Part shown: one piece after another, positions 7,849 through 17,380 of the stretch
Numbering within the stretch: position 1 is the stretch's first letter
Layout: the number at the start of each line of letters is the position of its first letter
From: a virus
Lineage: Duplodnaviria; Caudoviricetes
DNA length: 50,198 bases
Direction: 5' to 3' (one strand)
IMG/VR virus record: IMGVR_UViG_3300027868_000002
Coordinates: 1 to 50,198 of that record
The notes under the pieces: generated by a model
Seen by the model: the letters and a program-made list of their open reading frames with translations, nothing else
Databases searched by the model: none
Told to the model about the DNA's origin: nothing
Translations under genes and position numbers: made by a program

Positions 7849-8733
7849 ATGAAACTAAAAGTACGTTGTTATAAAGATTATTATATAGGCGGTATAGGCG
7901 GTAAAGGCTGGTATTTATGGCATGACGGCACAATTCATAATGTAGCATATGACATAAAGGCAAACAAATTAGATGAGGGATATTGGACTTCTAAGCAAGA
8001 GGCGCAGCAATTCCTCGATGACTGGCTACCCCAAAAAGATTGGATAACGCAGGAACAAGTGAAACAAGCTGCCGAACATTCAGATGAAATGGCTTTAATG
8101 TGTTCGTTAAACCATTGGAAACAAATGTTGTTGGCCGGAAAAGATAAGTATTTTGTTGGTGTTTATGAGGAAAAAGTAAACCATACTCAGGATTATTGTG
8201 CTTTATGTAAACGACATAAATCTGAGAGAAACTGCCCATTAGAAAAGAATTGTGACTCTCATTGTGTACCAGAGTACAGAGATTGGAGCCGCCCAACTTG
8301 GGAAGAAGGGCATATTAGGATGTTGAATAAATTGCAGGAGACTTACAATAAATTATATATTGATGCTAAAGACGTGCCAAATGGAGAAGCACTTTTTTGG
8401 TGTGATTCAGGTGGCGTTTATTGGAATGATAAAAAAGTTGTTAATTTTAAGGGCAAGAAAATGAAAGAAATAGAAATTAAAGGCAAGAAGTTTTCGGAAG
8501 AGACAATAGTTGAGGCGTTGAAAGCCCATGTTGGATTTGAAGAGACGTATCAGTTTAAGGCTGGGGATGTTTGTATAAACGATTTTGGAGATAAAAGAAT
8601 TATTTGTAAATCAAATTCAGCTTCAGAATTAGTTTCTTTTAATTCAGAAGGAAAAGCACAGAGTGTTGGGCAGAGTGGGTTTGAACTCATGGGCTATGAG
8701 AAAATCGGAGAATTGAAAGATTTCTTGAAATAA
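7849..8733 (+). CDS. Modular hypothetical protein with Cys cluster; possible internal start at 8461
   Basis: AAGGAG RBS; CALC..CPL..C..HC. Confidence 0.75.
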   Translation: MKLKVRCYKDYYIGGIGGKGWYLWHDGTIHNVAYDIKANKLDEGYWTSKQEAQQFLDDWLPQKDWITQEQVKQAAEHSDEMALMCSLNHWKQMLLAGKDKYFVGVYEEKVNHTQDYCALCKRHKSERNCPLEKNCDSHCVPEYRDWSRPTWEEGHIRMLNKLQETYNKLYIDAKDVPNGEALFWCDSGGVYWNDKKVVNFKGKKMKEIEIKGKKFSEETIVEALKAHVGFEETYQFKAGDVCINDFGDKRIICKSNSASELVSFNSEGKAQSVGQSGFELMGYEKIGELKDFLK

Positions 8734-8835
8734 ATCAGGCTGAAAATGTTTTTACATTTATCATCGATGAGGCTGATGATGCAAAGCTAATTGGTAAAGG
8801 AATTCCACAAAGAGTGTATACTGGAGAGCCAAAAA

Positions 8836-9006
8836 ATGACTAAAGAAAAGTTTGAAAAATTAGAAAGAGGGTGTATTGTTCGACATGTTCGTAGTGCAAA
8901 TAGCTATGTTATTGAGCAGTGTATTTCATCAAAGCGAGATAGGTTTATTGGTGTAGATACGATAGTAATAACTAATCCTGATGAGTGGGTTGTTGTGAAG
9001 GAATAA
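8836..9006 (+). CDS. Hypothetical protein
   Basis: GGAG RBS; ITNPDEW C-terminus. Confidence 0.65.
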   Translation: MTKEKFEKLERGCIVRHVRSANSYVIEQCISSKRDRFIGVDTIVITNPDEWVVVKE

Positions 9007-9007
9007 A

Positions 9008-9655
9008 ATGAGCAAAAGAAGTGACAAATTAGAACATCTAAGTAAATTCTGCAATCTCGAAACGGGTGAACTTGATATGAATGAGTTCGCCGATTTGGAA
9101 TTGCTATACCAGAAAGGCAGACGTTTCCACAAGTTATCACAAAGGATAAGTCGCTGTCATCTATGCGAAAGGATGAATATAGGTAGGGTGACGGAAGCGT
9201 GTTCAGGGTGGGGTAATCTCAATGCTGATGTAATGTTTGTAGGACAGAGTTTGCACGAACCAGGGATGTATTCTCAGATACCGTTTATACTTGGATCAGG
9301 TTTGATGATTGATGCTGCTTTGAGATTAAGTGGAATTGACAGGCATGATTGTTTTTGGACAAATGTTGTATTATGCCATCCTGAGAGGAATAGGGCGAGC
9401 ACGGATGAGGAGAAGGAAAATTGCTGGTCATATCTGGCAGAGGAGATTGACATTGTTCAGCCGCGTGTGGTTGTAGCATTAGGTAGAGATGCCGAACAAG
9501 GTGTTAAGAAATACATGGAAACAAGGGAGTATGGGTTTAAGTATCTAAAGTATCAACATCCGGCAAGTTTGATATATAGCAGCCCTGAAGCGAGGCCGAA
9601 TTGGGTTGTGAAATTGTCACTTGATTTGGATAAAATTTTGGGAGACAAGAAATGA
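9008..9655 (+). CDS. Family 4-like uracil-DNA glycosylase (Fe-S)
   Basis: CHLC, ADVMFVGQS, PF..SG, TNVVLCHP..NR, C..YL..EI..VQP.VVVALG, HPA motifs. Confidence 0.85.
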   Translation: MSKRSDKLEHLSKFCNLETGELDMNEFADLELLYQKGRRFHKLSQRISRCHLCERMNIGRVTEACSGWGNLNADVMFVGQSLHEPGMYSQIPFILGSGLMIDAALRLSGIDRHDCFWTNVVLCHPERNRASTDEEKENCWSYLAEEIDIVQPRVVVALGRDAEQGVKKYMETREYGFKYLKYQHPASLIYSSPEARPNWVVKLSLDLDKILGDKK

Positions 9656-10041
9656 AAAAGAAACTTGGGTTCTGGTACTTTTGTCATCCATACTCAGCCG
9701 AGACCGAAGAAGGTAGGATAGCTAATTACGAATTGTGTTGTAGAAGGTCTGCCAAACTTGTTCTTAAAGGGCATAATATATTCAGCCCGATTGTTCATTC
9801 ACATTCGATTGAAATAGCCAGCCCTGAAATGTTGAAATGGCCGATAGATAAACGATGGCAATTTTGGATGGATATAGACTTTGCTATCCTCGAATATGTC
9901 GGGTTTACAGGAGTGATACTTGGGCCGGAATGGGGCAAGTCAAATGGATGTCAAAGGGAATATGATTGGTTTTTGTCACATGTTAGGCCGGATGGTAAGC
10001 CGTATGATGTTTTGAGATACTATGATTTGATGGGAGATTAA
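9652..10041 (+). CDS. DUF1937 / nucleoside 2-deoxyribosyltransferase-like protein
   Basis: YFCHPYS, FSPIVHSH, W..SNGCQRE. Confidence 0.8.
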   Translation: MKKKLGFWYFCHPYSAETEEGRIANYELCCRRSAKLVLKGHNIFSPIVHSHSIEIASPEMLKWPIDKRWQFWMDIDFAILEYVGFTGVILGPEWGKSNGCQREYDWFLSHVRPDGKPYDVLRYYDLMGD

Positions 10042-10044
10042 AGA

Positions 10045-10386
10045 ATGAAAACATCTGAATTTATATCATTTGTTGTATCATTAGAAAATAATAATCTTGA
10101 TTTATCTGACACCCACACGCTTCATTCTGTTTTGGGCATCGCAGGAGAAGCAGGAGAGATAATAGATTTGGTAAAAAAGTCTGTAGTATATCATCAGACA
10201 CTTGATATAAAAAACCTTAAAGAAGAACTTGGTGATTTGCTGCACTATGTAGCAATGCTGCTAAACGCCCAGAATTGGTCTTTTGAAGAGGTGTTTGAAT
10301 CTAACGCAATAAAACTAAGAAAACGCTATCCAAATGGATTTACTTATGAAGATGCAGTAGCCAGAAAAGACAAACAAGGAGATTAA
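10045..10386 (+). CDS. MazG-like nucleotide pyrophosphohydrolase
   Basis: GIAGEAGEIIDLVKK...EELGDLLHY...N..KL.KRYP. Confidence 0.9.
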   Translation: MKTSEFISFVVSLENNNLDLSDTHTLHSVLGIAGEAGEIIDLVKKSVVYHQTLDIKNLKEELGDLLHYVAMLLNAQNWSFEEVFESNAIKLRKRYPNGFTYEDAVARKDKQGD

Positions 10387-10388
10387 GA

Positions 10389-10868
10389 ATGGAAGATTTT
10401 ATAAACAAACACACTGATGAATTACACAAAAATGAAGAAGAAAAGAAACAAAATAGTGATATAAGGCAGTTTGAAGGTGGAGCGACAAGAGATGCAGACG
10501 ACCATCCAGAAAAGCCAAGTTACTATAAAGCTTTGTCACCAATTGTTCTACGTGAATATACGAAATACTTGGGACGACACAGAATAGCAAGTGGTGGTTC
10601 AAAGCGTGATTGGGACAATTGGAAATCGGGAATACCCAAAGATGTTTACATGGATGGATTGCTTAGACATACAATGGCTGTTTGGTTGATTCAACATGGA
10701 TTTAGAAGTTTTGATAATCACGGTGAAGTTAGTTTGGTTGATTCATTGAATGGTGTGTTGTTTAACACAATAGGGATGTTGCATGAGATTTTGAAAAAAG
10801 AGATTAAAGTCGAAGATAAAGCGTATTATGATTCTATAACTGAGATGATTGATAGTAAAAATGAGTGA
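10389..10868 (+). CDS. dATP/dGTP diphosphohydrolase-like (DUF5664-type)
   Basis: RQF..GATRD...DNWKSGIP...LLRH...FN. Confidence 0.75.
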   Translation: MEDFINKHTDELHKNEEEKKQNSDIRQFEGGATRDADDHPEKPSYYKALSPIVLREYTKYLGRHRIASGGSKRDWDNWKSGIPKDVYMDGLLRHTMAVWLIQHGFRSFDNHGEVSLVDSLNGVLFNTIGMLHEILKKEIKVEDKAYYDSITEMIDSKNE

Positions 10869-12771
10869 TTATCAAGATATATTGCTGCAACATAAACAAG
10901 CCAAACGTATTTGGAAGTACGATAAGCAATCAAGGTTATTGCTGCGAAAAAAGAAAGAGATAGTAGCGGCAGATACAGAAACGACCAGTTTGTTGTTCCA
11001 TACACCGTCTGTCTTACACGATGACAATGATAGAATAGTTGACAATCCATTTCCATTTGGTTTGACGCTTGCCTTTCCTCATCGTGACAGATTGATTTTA
11101 GTGTGGGGTAGATATGGTACAGACTTGTATAAAGCTTGTATGGATGTGTTTGCTTCCGACTGTATGAAGGCGTGGCATAATTCAAAATACGATTTGAGGG
11201 TGTGTAAGACAAATGGAATTGAAGTTAATGGTGTTCAGTTATGTACCTTGACGATGAGTAGGATTTATTGGGATAGACGTAAGAGTCATTCATTGCAGGC
11301 ATTGAGCGAATTTATCTGTCCTGGTATATCAGATTGGGAGGAAGGCTTAAAGAAAGAATTGACCAAATTGAGACGGCAATGGAGTAAGAAGAAAGATGAA
11401 TGGAATCCGGCCTGGACTGGAGACCCGAAGGAATATGTAAATTATAGTTTCCTGCCTGATAGGATGATTGGTGAGTATAGCCAGACTGATGTGTTTGTAG
11501 TGTGGCAGTTGTTTAAGAAATTGTCACCGTATATGTGTGAGGAGTATGCGAGCATATTTGACAGGGAAATGGCTGTCACTCATGTTGTTACTAAGATTGA
11601 AGAAGCTGGAATGGGATTTGATGCCAAACGTGGCAGGGCTGAGTTGAAGAAATTGTTGCCCAAGATTAAACTGAAGAGGAGAATACTTGAGGAATTGTCA
11701 TCACCTGATTTCACACTTGGGCCAAAGAGGATTTTGGAAGCGTTGCGGTTTTTAGGTGTTAAGTCAAAGCAATTAAAAGCGAAAGGCAAAGAGACTACGA
11801 ATGTCGATGTGTTGAATCAAGCTGTTAGAGATGGTGTGCCTAAAAGGGCTGAGAGGTTTATCAAAGTGTTGTTGGACTATAGGGCGTATAATAAGATAGC
11901 CAATACCTATTTGAAACCATTGACCGAACAGGCTGAGAGAACTGGCGGGACTGTATATACTACTATTAATCCCACTGATTCAAGGACAGGGAGGCCAGCC
12001 AGTCGCGATCCAAACCTATTAAATATACCTAATCAGGATGTGAAGCAAAGAGGTAGACAGAATAAAGTAAGAGATTGTTTTGTTCCTCGCAGCAGTAAAA
12101 AATATAAATTTCCTAAAATTATTTTGCCTGTTTATGATGAACTTCAAATCGAATGGAATGGAGCTATATATTACTTCGATGTCAGTCAACAGGAAATGGC
12201 AATGTTTCTAAGCTATGCTGGTGCTGACGATATGTTACGGGCATATTTTGATGGTGCTGACCTTCACCAACACATGGCTGATTTGTTAGGTAGACCGGAG
12301 AAAAGAAAGATTATTAAGAACCAGAACTTTGGCGTGATATACGGATTGGGTATTAGGGCTATGGCCGCTTCACAGAATCTAAGTATTGAACAGGCCAAGA
12401 AGGAGATGAAGATTTACAATGAAGAGTTTCCTTTTATTTATGAATTGCAGGAAAGATTGAAAGATGAATTAGGGTTTTACAAATATGTTCAAGATTATTT
12501 TGGTAAACCATATCATGTTCCATACGGTCAAGCGTATAAGGCAGTTAATGCAATTGTTCAGGGTGGCTGCGCCCAGGCTTTTAAGCAAGGGTTGTTACAG
12601 GTTGATGAATTGTTGGAGAAAAAGAAACGAAAAAGTGAAAAACAGTTTTGCCAAGAGACTATAAGAGCGATGAGTGAAGTTAAGGAATTGATGGGTGTTG
12701 GTTTGAGGTTCAGGGTGGATGTTAAGAAAACGACTACGAATTGGACAGAAAAGAAAAAATTAAAAATTTAG
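10861..12771 (+). CDS. polA: Family A DNA polymerase with 3'-5' exonuclease; motif C relocated upstream of motif A
   Basis: ExoI DTET, ExoII HNSKYD, ExoIII YSQTD; TGR...PNLLNIP; motif A FDVSQQE; motif B KNQNFGVIYG; NAIVQG; motif C-like PVYDELQIE. Confidence 0.92.
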   Translation: MSDYQDILLQHKQAKRIWKYDKQSRLLLRKKKEIVAADTETTSLLFHTPSVLHDDNDRIVDNPFPFGLTLAFPHRDRLILVWGRYGTDLYKACMDVFASDCMKAWHNSKYDLRVCKTNGIEVNGVQLCTLTMSRIYWDRRKSHSLQALSEFICPGISDWEEGLKKELTKLRRQWSKKKDEWNPAWTGDPKEYVNYSFLPDRMIGEYSQTDVFVVWQLFKKLSPYMCEEYASIFDREMAVTHVVTKIEEAGMGFDAKRGRAELKKLLPKIKLKRRILEELSSPDFTLGPKRILEALRFLGVKSKQLKAKGKETTNVDVLNQAVRDGVPKRAERFIKVLLDYRAYNKIANTYLKPLTEQAERTGGTVYTTINPTDSRTGRPASRDPNLLNIPNQDVKQRGRQNKVRDCFVPRSSKKYKFPKIILPVYDELQIEWNGAIYYFDVSQQEMAMFLSYAGADDMLRAYFDGADLHQHMADLLGRPEKRKIIKNQNFGVIYGLGIRAMAASQNLSIEQAKKEMKIYNEEFPFIYELQERLKDELGFYKYVQDYFGKPYHVPYGQAYKAVNAIVQGGCAQAFKQGLLQVDELLEKKKRKSEKQFCQETIRAMSEVKELMGVGLRFRVDVKKTTTNWTEKKKLKI

Positions 12772-12781
12772 GAGATTTCTC

Positions 12782-12809
12782 TTGACATTGGTGAAATATA
12801 TGTTATAAT
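12782..12809 (+). promoter_or_regulatory. Consensus sigma70 promoter
   Basis: TTGACA-16 nt-TATAAT with TGn. Confidence 0.85.
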
Positions 12810-12853
12810 AGTTTACAGAGTGGATGAGTAAGAGAGATTAAAAGGAGCAAATA

Positions 12854-13006
12854 ATGTCAGATAGATGGGGGCCAAGTGAAGATTGTCCGGTATGTAGCCA
12901 ACCACAATCGTATGGTCATTTTGCCAAATGCCCTGTATGTGAGAGAACGATGTGCGATTGGTGTGTTGGACATGAGCATGAATGTGGGAATGAACAGGAG
13001 AAATAA
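12854..13006 (+). CDS. 50-aa zinc-finger protein (not in ORF track)
   Basis: AAGGAG RBS; CPVC..CPVC..CDWC..H.HEC. Confidence 0.75.
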   Translation: MSDRWGPSEDCPVCSQPQSYGHFAKCPVCERTMCDWCVGHEHECGNEQEK

Positions 13007-13010
13007 AAGA

Positions 13011-13244
13011 ATGATAGAATTTGAAAGCAATGATATAACCATAAGAGCTACAAGGCAACAATACATTGAAGCCAAAACTAAAGATTTGCAGGAATTTGGT
13101 TATCCTCATTTAACTCAAGCACATGTAGAGACTCAATTGGAATATGTGCTTACGGGCAGAAGGCCGTTGGATATAATTGGAAGCTTTATTGAAAGTGATA
13201 GTGTTAAAGAAACAGGTGGGGATGAACAAGGAGATTTAGAATGA
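13011..13244 (+). CDS. Hypothetical protein
   Basis: AGGAG RBS before ATG13011, in frame with track ORF 12876..13244. Confidence 0.7.
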   Translation: MIEFESNDITIRATRQQYIEAKTKDLQEFGYPHLTQAHVETQLEYVLTGRRPLDIIGSFIESDSVKETGGDEQGDLE

Positions 13245-13675
13245 GAAAGATAAAATTTAGACTAATTCGAGATAATAAAATTGTTGGATATGAATTACAT
13301 GAATTTGATATGAACCATGTTTACATTTTTCATAGCAGAATTAATGATGACAGTAGTTATAATATTACTGCCGTAGAAGGTGCTGAAATAACATGTGATA
13401 TGAAAGAACAATTTACTGGTCTTTGTGACAAGAACGGCAAAGAGGTATATGAGGGGGATATAGTAACACTATCTTACGGCATACCACCAACATTTGATAC
13501 ACTTCTTATTGAATATGCAGACGATGAATATGTTGCAGATATATCAGTAAGTGGATGGTGGATGCGAAACATAAGACCAAATGGTTGTTCTTCGAGTTTG
13601 TGTAAAACGTATGAAAATGACATCGAAATCATAGGCAACATCCACGAAAATCCAGAACTATTGAAAGAACAATAA
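13241..13675 (+). CDS. YopX family protein
   Basis: MRKIKFR, QFTGL.DKNGKEVYEGDIV, EIIGNIHENPELL. Confidence 0.92.
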   Translation: MRKIKFRLIRDNKIVGYELHEFDMNHVYIFHSRINDDSSYNITAVEGAEITCDMKEQFTGLCDKNGKEVYEGDIVTLSYGIPPTFDTLLIEYADDEYVADISVSGWWMRNIRPNGCSSSLCKTYENDIEIIGNIHENPELLKEQ

Positions 13676-13781
13676 TGAGAAAAATAGACGACATGGATTA
13701 TATGTGGATTATTATAGGTTTGATTGCGGCATTTTTAGTTTTTGGTGTTCCTGCTTTAGCTACTTGGTTAGGGGTGTTTTA

Positions 13782-14270
13782 ATGAGATATTTGAAAGTCA
13801 AAAAAACCCCAAAGCAATTCACCGTTCTTGTTGACGACCGTGAAAAGAAAGCATGGGACTTGCCGTATAAAATTGAAAAGAAACGATTGAAGACAGGGGA
13901 TTATACGATAAAAGGTTTTGAGAAAGTTGTGGCAATTGAAAAGAAAAGTGGAATGATTGAGTTGTTGAACGATTTGGCAAATGGGTATCGTGGTACGTTT
14001 GAAAGATTTTTGAAACGTCTAAGTGAATATCCGGTTAAGGTTATTGTCGTAGAAGATACCTTGAGTGAATTGAGTATTAGTAGGGCATTAACACATGTAA
14101 GGAAAAAGAGTAGAGGTAAGGCAAGGTTGACATCAAGGTCGATACACTATTGGGCGGCAGATATAGCCACTAAATATGGAATACCGATTGTGTTTGTTGG
14201 AAAGAGGGCTAAAATGGATTTATTGCCGGAGATTTTCAGAGCGGCTTTTGAAAGGGCGAATGAATTATGA
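13782..14270 (+). CDS. ERCC4-domain nuclease (putative resolvase)
   Basis: VDDREK, LKTGDY, IEKKS, IVVE motifs. Confidence 0.85.
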   Translation: MRYLKVKKTPKQFTVLVDDREKKAWDLPYKIEKKRLKTGDYTIKGFEKVVAIEKKSGMIELLNDLANGYRGTFERFLKRLSEYPVKVIVVEDTLSELSISRALTHVRKKSRGKARLTSRSIHYWAADIATKYGIPIVFVGKRAKMDLLPEIFRAAFERANEL

Positions 14271-14398
14271 AACGTAAAAAACACAAAAAGAAATGTGCAT
14301 GTGACAGTTGTAGAATGAAAGCAACATGTCCGGCTAAAGGTGAGAGGTGTAATGATTATGTTAAAGACGAATGAACTTTAATTAAAAGGAGCAAAACA

Positions 14399-14989
14399 AT
14401 GGTTAAGAAAAAACCAAATAATTCAATTGTACCTGTTGAAGTTGTTCAAAAGGCTGAAAGTGATGCTGTCTTAATGACACAACAGGCTGAGGCTATTCAA
14501 GTGACTACGGCTGAACAGGAGGAACAGGCATATACAGCTTTGACAGAAATCAAACAGGCGATTAAGACTATCGAGAGTAAGAGGAAAGAGATTACAAAAC
14601 CGCTTAATGCCAGTCTGAAGGCTACTAATGCAATGTTCAAAACATTGAGCGGGCCGTTTTTGGAAGCAGATAGAGTAGTACGGGATAAGGTAATGGATTT
14701 TAGAGAAGTGCAAGAGGAAAGGGCACAGAAAGAATTGGAACGGAGGCAGAAAATTCAGGCCGCACATGAGAAGAAGGGACACGAAACACATGAGATTACA
14801 GCACCTAAAGTTGAAGTAGCCAAAACGACTGTGACCACAAAGCGATGGACGTTTGAATTGATTGATATTAATAAAGTGCCGAGAGAATACCTTGCTTTGG
14901 ATAATGTGGCTGTAAATAAGGCCATACGGAATGGTGTAAGAGAGATAGCTGGGTTGGATGTATTTCAAGTAGAAGGGTTAAGGGTTTAA
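14399..14989 (+). CDS. Coiled-coil phage protein (gp157/Gam-like, recombination-associated)
   Basis: RKEITKPL coiled coil; C-terminal VPREYL..D...I.G. Confidence 0.65.
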   Translation: MVKKKPNNSIVPVEVVQKAESDAVLMTQQAEAIQVTTAEQEEQAYTALTEIKQAIKTIESKRKEITKPLNASLKATNAMFKTLSGPFLEADRVVRDKVMDFREVQEERAQKELERRQKIQAAHEKKGHETHEITAPKVEVAKTTVTTKRWTFELIDINKVPREYLALDNVAVNKAIRNGVREIAGLDVFQVEGLRV

Positions 14990-15007
14990 GGAAAGAAAGG
15001 ATAACTA

Positions 15008-15907
15008 ATGCACATCATTGAGCATACGATTAATTGTCAATCACGTTCAGATAGAATTGAAATATTTCCGTTTTTTGATGCCCATGTAGGAAAATACAAC
15101 TGTGATGAAGAGGCTATAAAGAAACAAATCACCGAGATTATTCGCCGGTCTGAGATGCCTAACCGTCATGTACGTGCGTTTTTTGGTGGTGATAATGTGA
15201 ATAGCATCAAAGCCACCCAGGACAAGCGGTTCGACTTTGGTGAATTGGCCGATTGGTTTGTTGAAGGTAAAGCCCTTAATATTAAGGAAAAGTTAAGCGA
15301 TATATGTGGACAGGAAATTGACCATTTTTGCAAACTTTTTGATCCCATTAAACATCTTATACTTGGGGCGATGTGCGGCAATCATGAGAAATCAATGAAG
15401 ACGAGGAATAATACAAATGTCCATGAGGCTGTGTGTCAACGAATGGGGCTTGTGAATTTAACCGATGAATGTTTGATTGTTCTACACTTTAAGCGGGGCA
15501 AACGAGACAGTAAAACTATTACTATATACGCTCGTCATGGCTATGGTGGTGGTCGTACTGCCGGTGCTGAGGCCAACAAACTTGAGCGGCTGGTAAACGA
15601 GTGGGAATGTGCTGATGTGGCGTTGAGCGGCCATACACATAGTTTCAGAATTGAACCGCCTAAGCCGTCACCTTATATCTACGGTATGAAGTCTAAGGAC
15701 GGGCCTACGCTTGAATACAGAAGCCGTTGGGCGGCTAATCCTGGATGTTGGCTGTTAAGTCATAAACTTGGGCCAGGGAGTTATGAATCTATGCAGGCGT
15801 ATCCGGCAAGGGCAATGATGACACTGAAGATTGTAGTTTGGCCGTTTTATGGTAATGGTAAGATTGAGCGGCCTAAATTAGAATTACGTCATTATCCGAT
15901 TTTGTAA
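15008..15907 (+). CDS. Calcineurin-like metallophosphoesterase
   Basis: DAHVG, GGD, GNHE, HG, GHTH motifs. Confidence 0.88.
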   Translation: MHIIEHTINCQSRSDRIEIFPFFDAHVGKYNCDEEAIKKQITEIIRRSEMPNRHVRAFFGGDNVNSIKATQDKRFDFGELADWFVEGKALNIKEKLSDICGQEIDHFCKLFDPIKHLILGAMCGNHEKSMKTRNNTNVHEAVCQRMGLVNLTDECLIVLHFKRGKRDSKTITIYARHGYGGGRTAGAEANKLERLVNEWECADVALSGHTHSFRIEPPKPSPYIYGMKSKDGPTLEYRSRWAANPGCWLLSHKLGPGSYESMQAYPARAMMTLKIVVWPFYGNGKIERPKLELRHYPIL

Positions 15908-15916
15908 GGGATTGAA

Positions 15917-16108
15917 ATGGGAAGTTATTACTATTTATTTGATACAGAGTGTCCCTATTGTGGTAAAACAGTTGACGAAATAATATTTGCTGAAAATTCC
16001 TACAATGAAAACGGAGAGCCACAAGGATATGATACTTCGAGATGTGAACATTGTGGTGAATTAATCAAAGTCTGGATGGAGACTAAAACAGGGAAACTTG
16101 AAGAATGA
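15917..16108 (+). CDS. Small zinc-ribbon protein
   Basis: CPYCG...CEHCG. Confidence 0.7.
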   Translation: MGSYYYLFDTECPYCGKTVDEIIFAENSYNENGEPQGYDTSRCEHCGELIKVWMETKTGKLEE

Positions 16109-16404
16109 AAAAACCAAATAAAACAAAACTTATCAACTTAAAAACATATAATAAAGAAGATTATGTATTAATTGATAGGACTACAATATTTGGTAATCCA
16201 TATCTGATAGGAAAACATGGCAGCAGAAAAGATGTTATTGCGAGACACAAAAGGTATTTTTATAATAGACTTAAAGACGCGCTGTTTCGAGAAGCTGTAG
16301 AAAGTCTTGCTGGTAAGACATTAGCCTGTTGGTGTACGCCACTGCTTTGTCATGGTGATGTAATTATTGAATATCTGGAGTCATTAGATGAAAAAACCAA
16401 ATAA
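16105..16404 (+). CDS. DUF4326 family protein
   Basis: IDR.T.FGNPY...L.GK.LACWC.P..CHGDV. Confidence 0.88.
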   Translation: MKKPNKTKLINLKTYNKEDYVLIDRTTIFGNPYLIGKHGSRKDVIARHKRYFYNRLKDALFREAVESLAGKTLACWCTPLLCHGDVIIEYLESLDEKTK

Positions 16405-17380
16405 GATAATTCCAAGTACTAAATTAAAAATGGTATCTTGCCATAAAATGTGGGACTTTGCCTGTCCTCGTAGATACTTCTGGCGGCGTGTGATGAATTT
16501 TCAAAGTAAGAACCTAAATATGAACTTTTATTATGGAAGTGTCTTAGGTGCTGGCTTTGAAGCTATCCTATTAGGCAAGAAAAACTGGAAACAATTGATG
16601 CGTAAGGAACATAATCGTCAGATTAAAGGGTATGACATAAGCAAGTTAGTTGATGAACTTGATTTGCAATACCGTCTCATTGAAGTCATATTAGAACAAG
16701 CTAAAGTACAGGCCAAGCAATATGGAATGTCACTCACTAAGTCACAAGTATCTGTCAATACTAAACTTAGGTGTGGTGTCATTTACTGCGGCACTGAAGA
16801 TGGTGAAGGTGTGTATGAAGGAAAGCAAAGTTTGTTTGAGATTAAGACAGCTTCTAAAGTCAATCAAGGATATTTAGACTCATTAAAACTCGACAAACAG
16901 ATTAACGCCTACTGTTGGGCCAATCGAAGTGGTGAGTTATATGATCCTATTAAAAAGAAAACATTGAAAAACAAACACTATAATAAATGTGTGTATTGTA
17001 TTTTTAAGAAACCCCAAAAAAGACTGAAGAAGAACCAAACACCCGATGAGTTTGTCGAAGAGATTGCGCAAGACTGTATTGACAGGCCGGAAATGTATTA
17101 CGAATGGTTGCAGTTGTCACTTGTCAAACCGTTTGTCGATTCGGTTGGCCAAAGTATTGAACGTATGGCTGAGATACTTAAAGATATTTATTGTAGATTA
17201 AGTAAAAAACAATTACTTGATCCTAACTACTGGCCTGAAATGGAATCTAAATGCAGCGACTATTCAGGTTGTGAGTTTCTGCCGTTATGTCTAAAGCCGA
17301 ATGGGTGGCAGATGTATCTTAGATTCTACGAGCAACGTACCATGTTATACGATTTGGAAAAAGAGGAGTTGGAACAATGA
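16388..17380 (+). CDS. PD-(D/E)XK Cas4/RecB-like exonuclease
   Basis: CPRRY, G.ED, EIKT, QINAY, C-terminal C..C..C (Fe-S pattern). Confidence 0.85.
   Translation: MKKPNKIIPSTKLKMVSCHKMWDFACPRRYFWRRVMNFQSKNLNMNFYYGSVLGAGFEAILLGKKNWKQLMRKEHNRQIKGYDISKLVDELDLQYRLIEVILEQAKVQAKQYGMSLTKSQVSVNTKLRCGVIYCGTEDGEGVYEGKQSLFEIKTASKVNQGYLDSLKLDKQINAYCWANRSGELYDPIKKKTLKNKHYNKCVYCIFKKPQKRLKKNQTPDEFVEEIAQDCIDRPEMYYEWLQLSLVKPFVDSVGQSIERMAEILKDIYCRLSKKQLLDPNYWPEMESKCSDYSGCEFLPLCLKPNGWQMYLRFYEQRTMLYDLEKEELEQ

Noticed and set aside
12592-12618. LLQVDELLE as the true polymerase motif C
   Set aside because: It aligns with the helix following QG..A...K (E. coli AMIAVDAWL equivalent) and lacks the His/Tyr and the following beta strand; the resemblance appears coincidental
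9652-12771. Z-genome (2-aminoadenine) or deazaguanine system
   Set aside because: No PurZ, QueC/D/E, FolE or DpdA motifs recognised in any ORF
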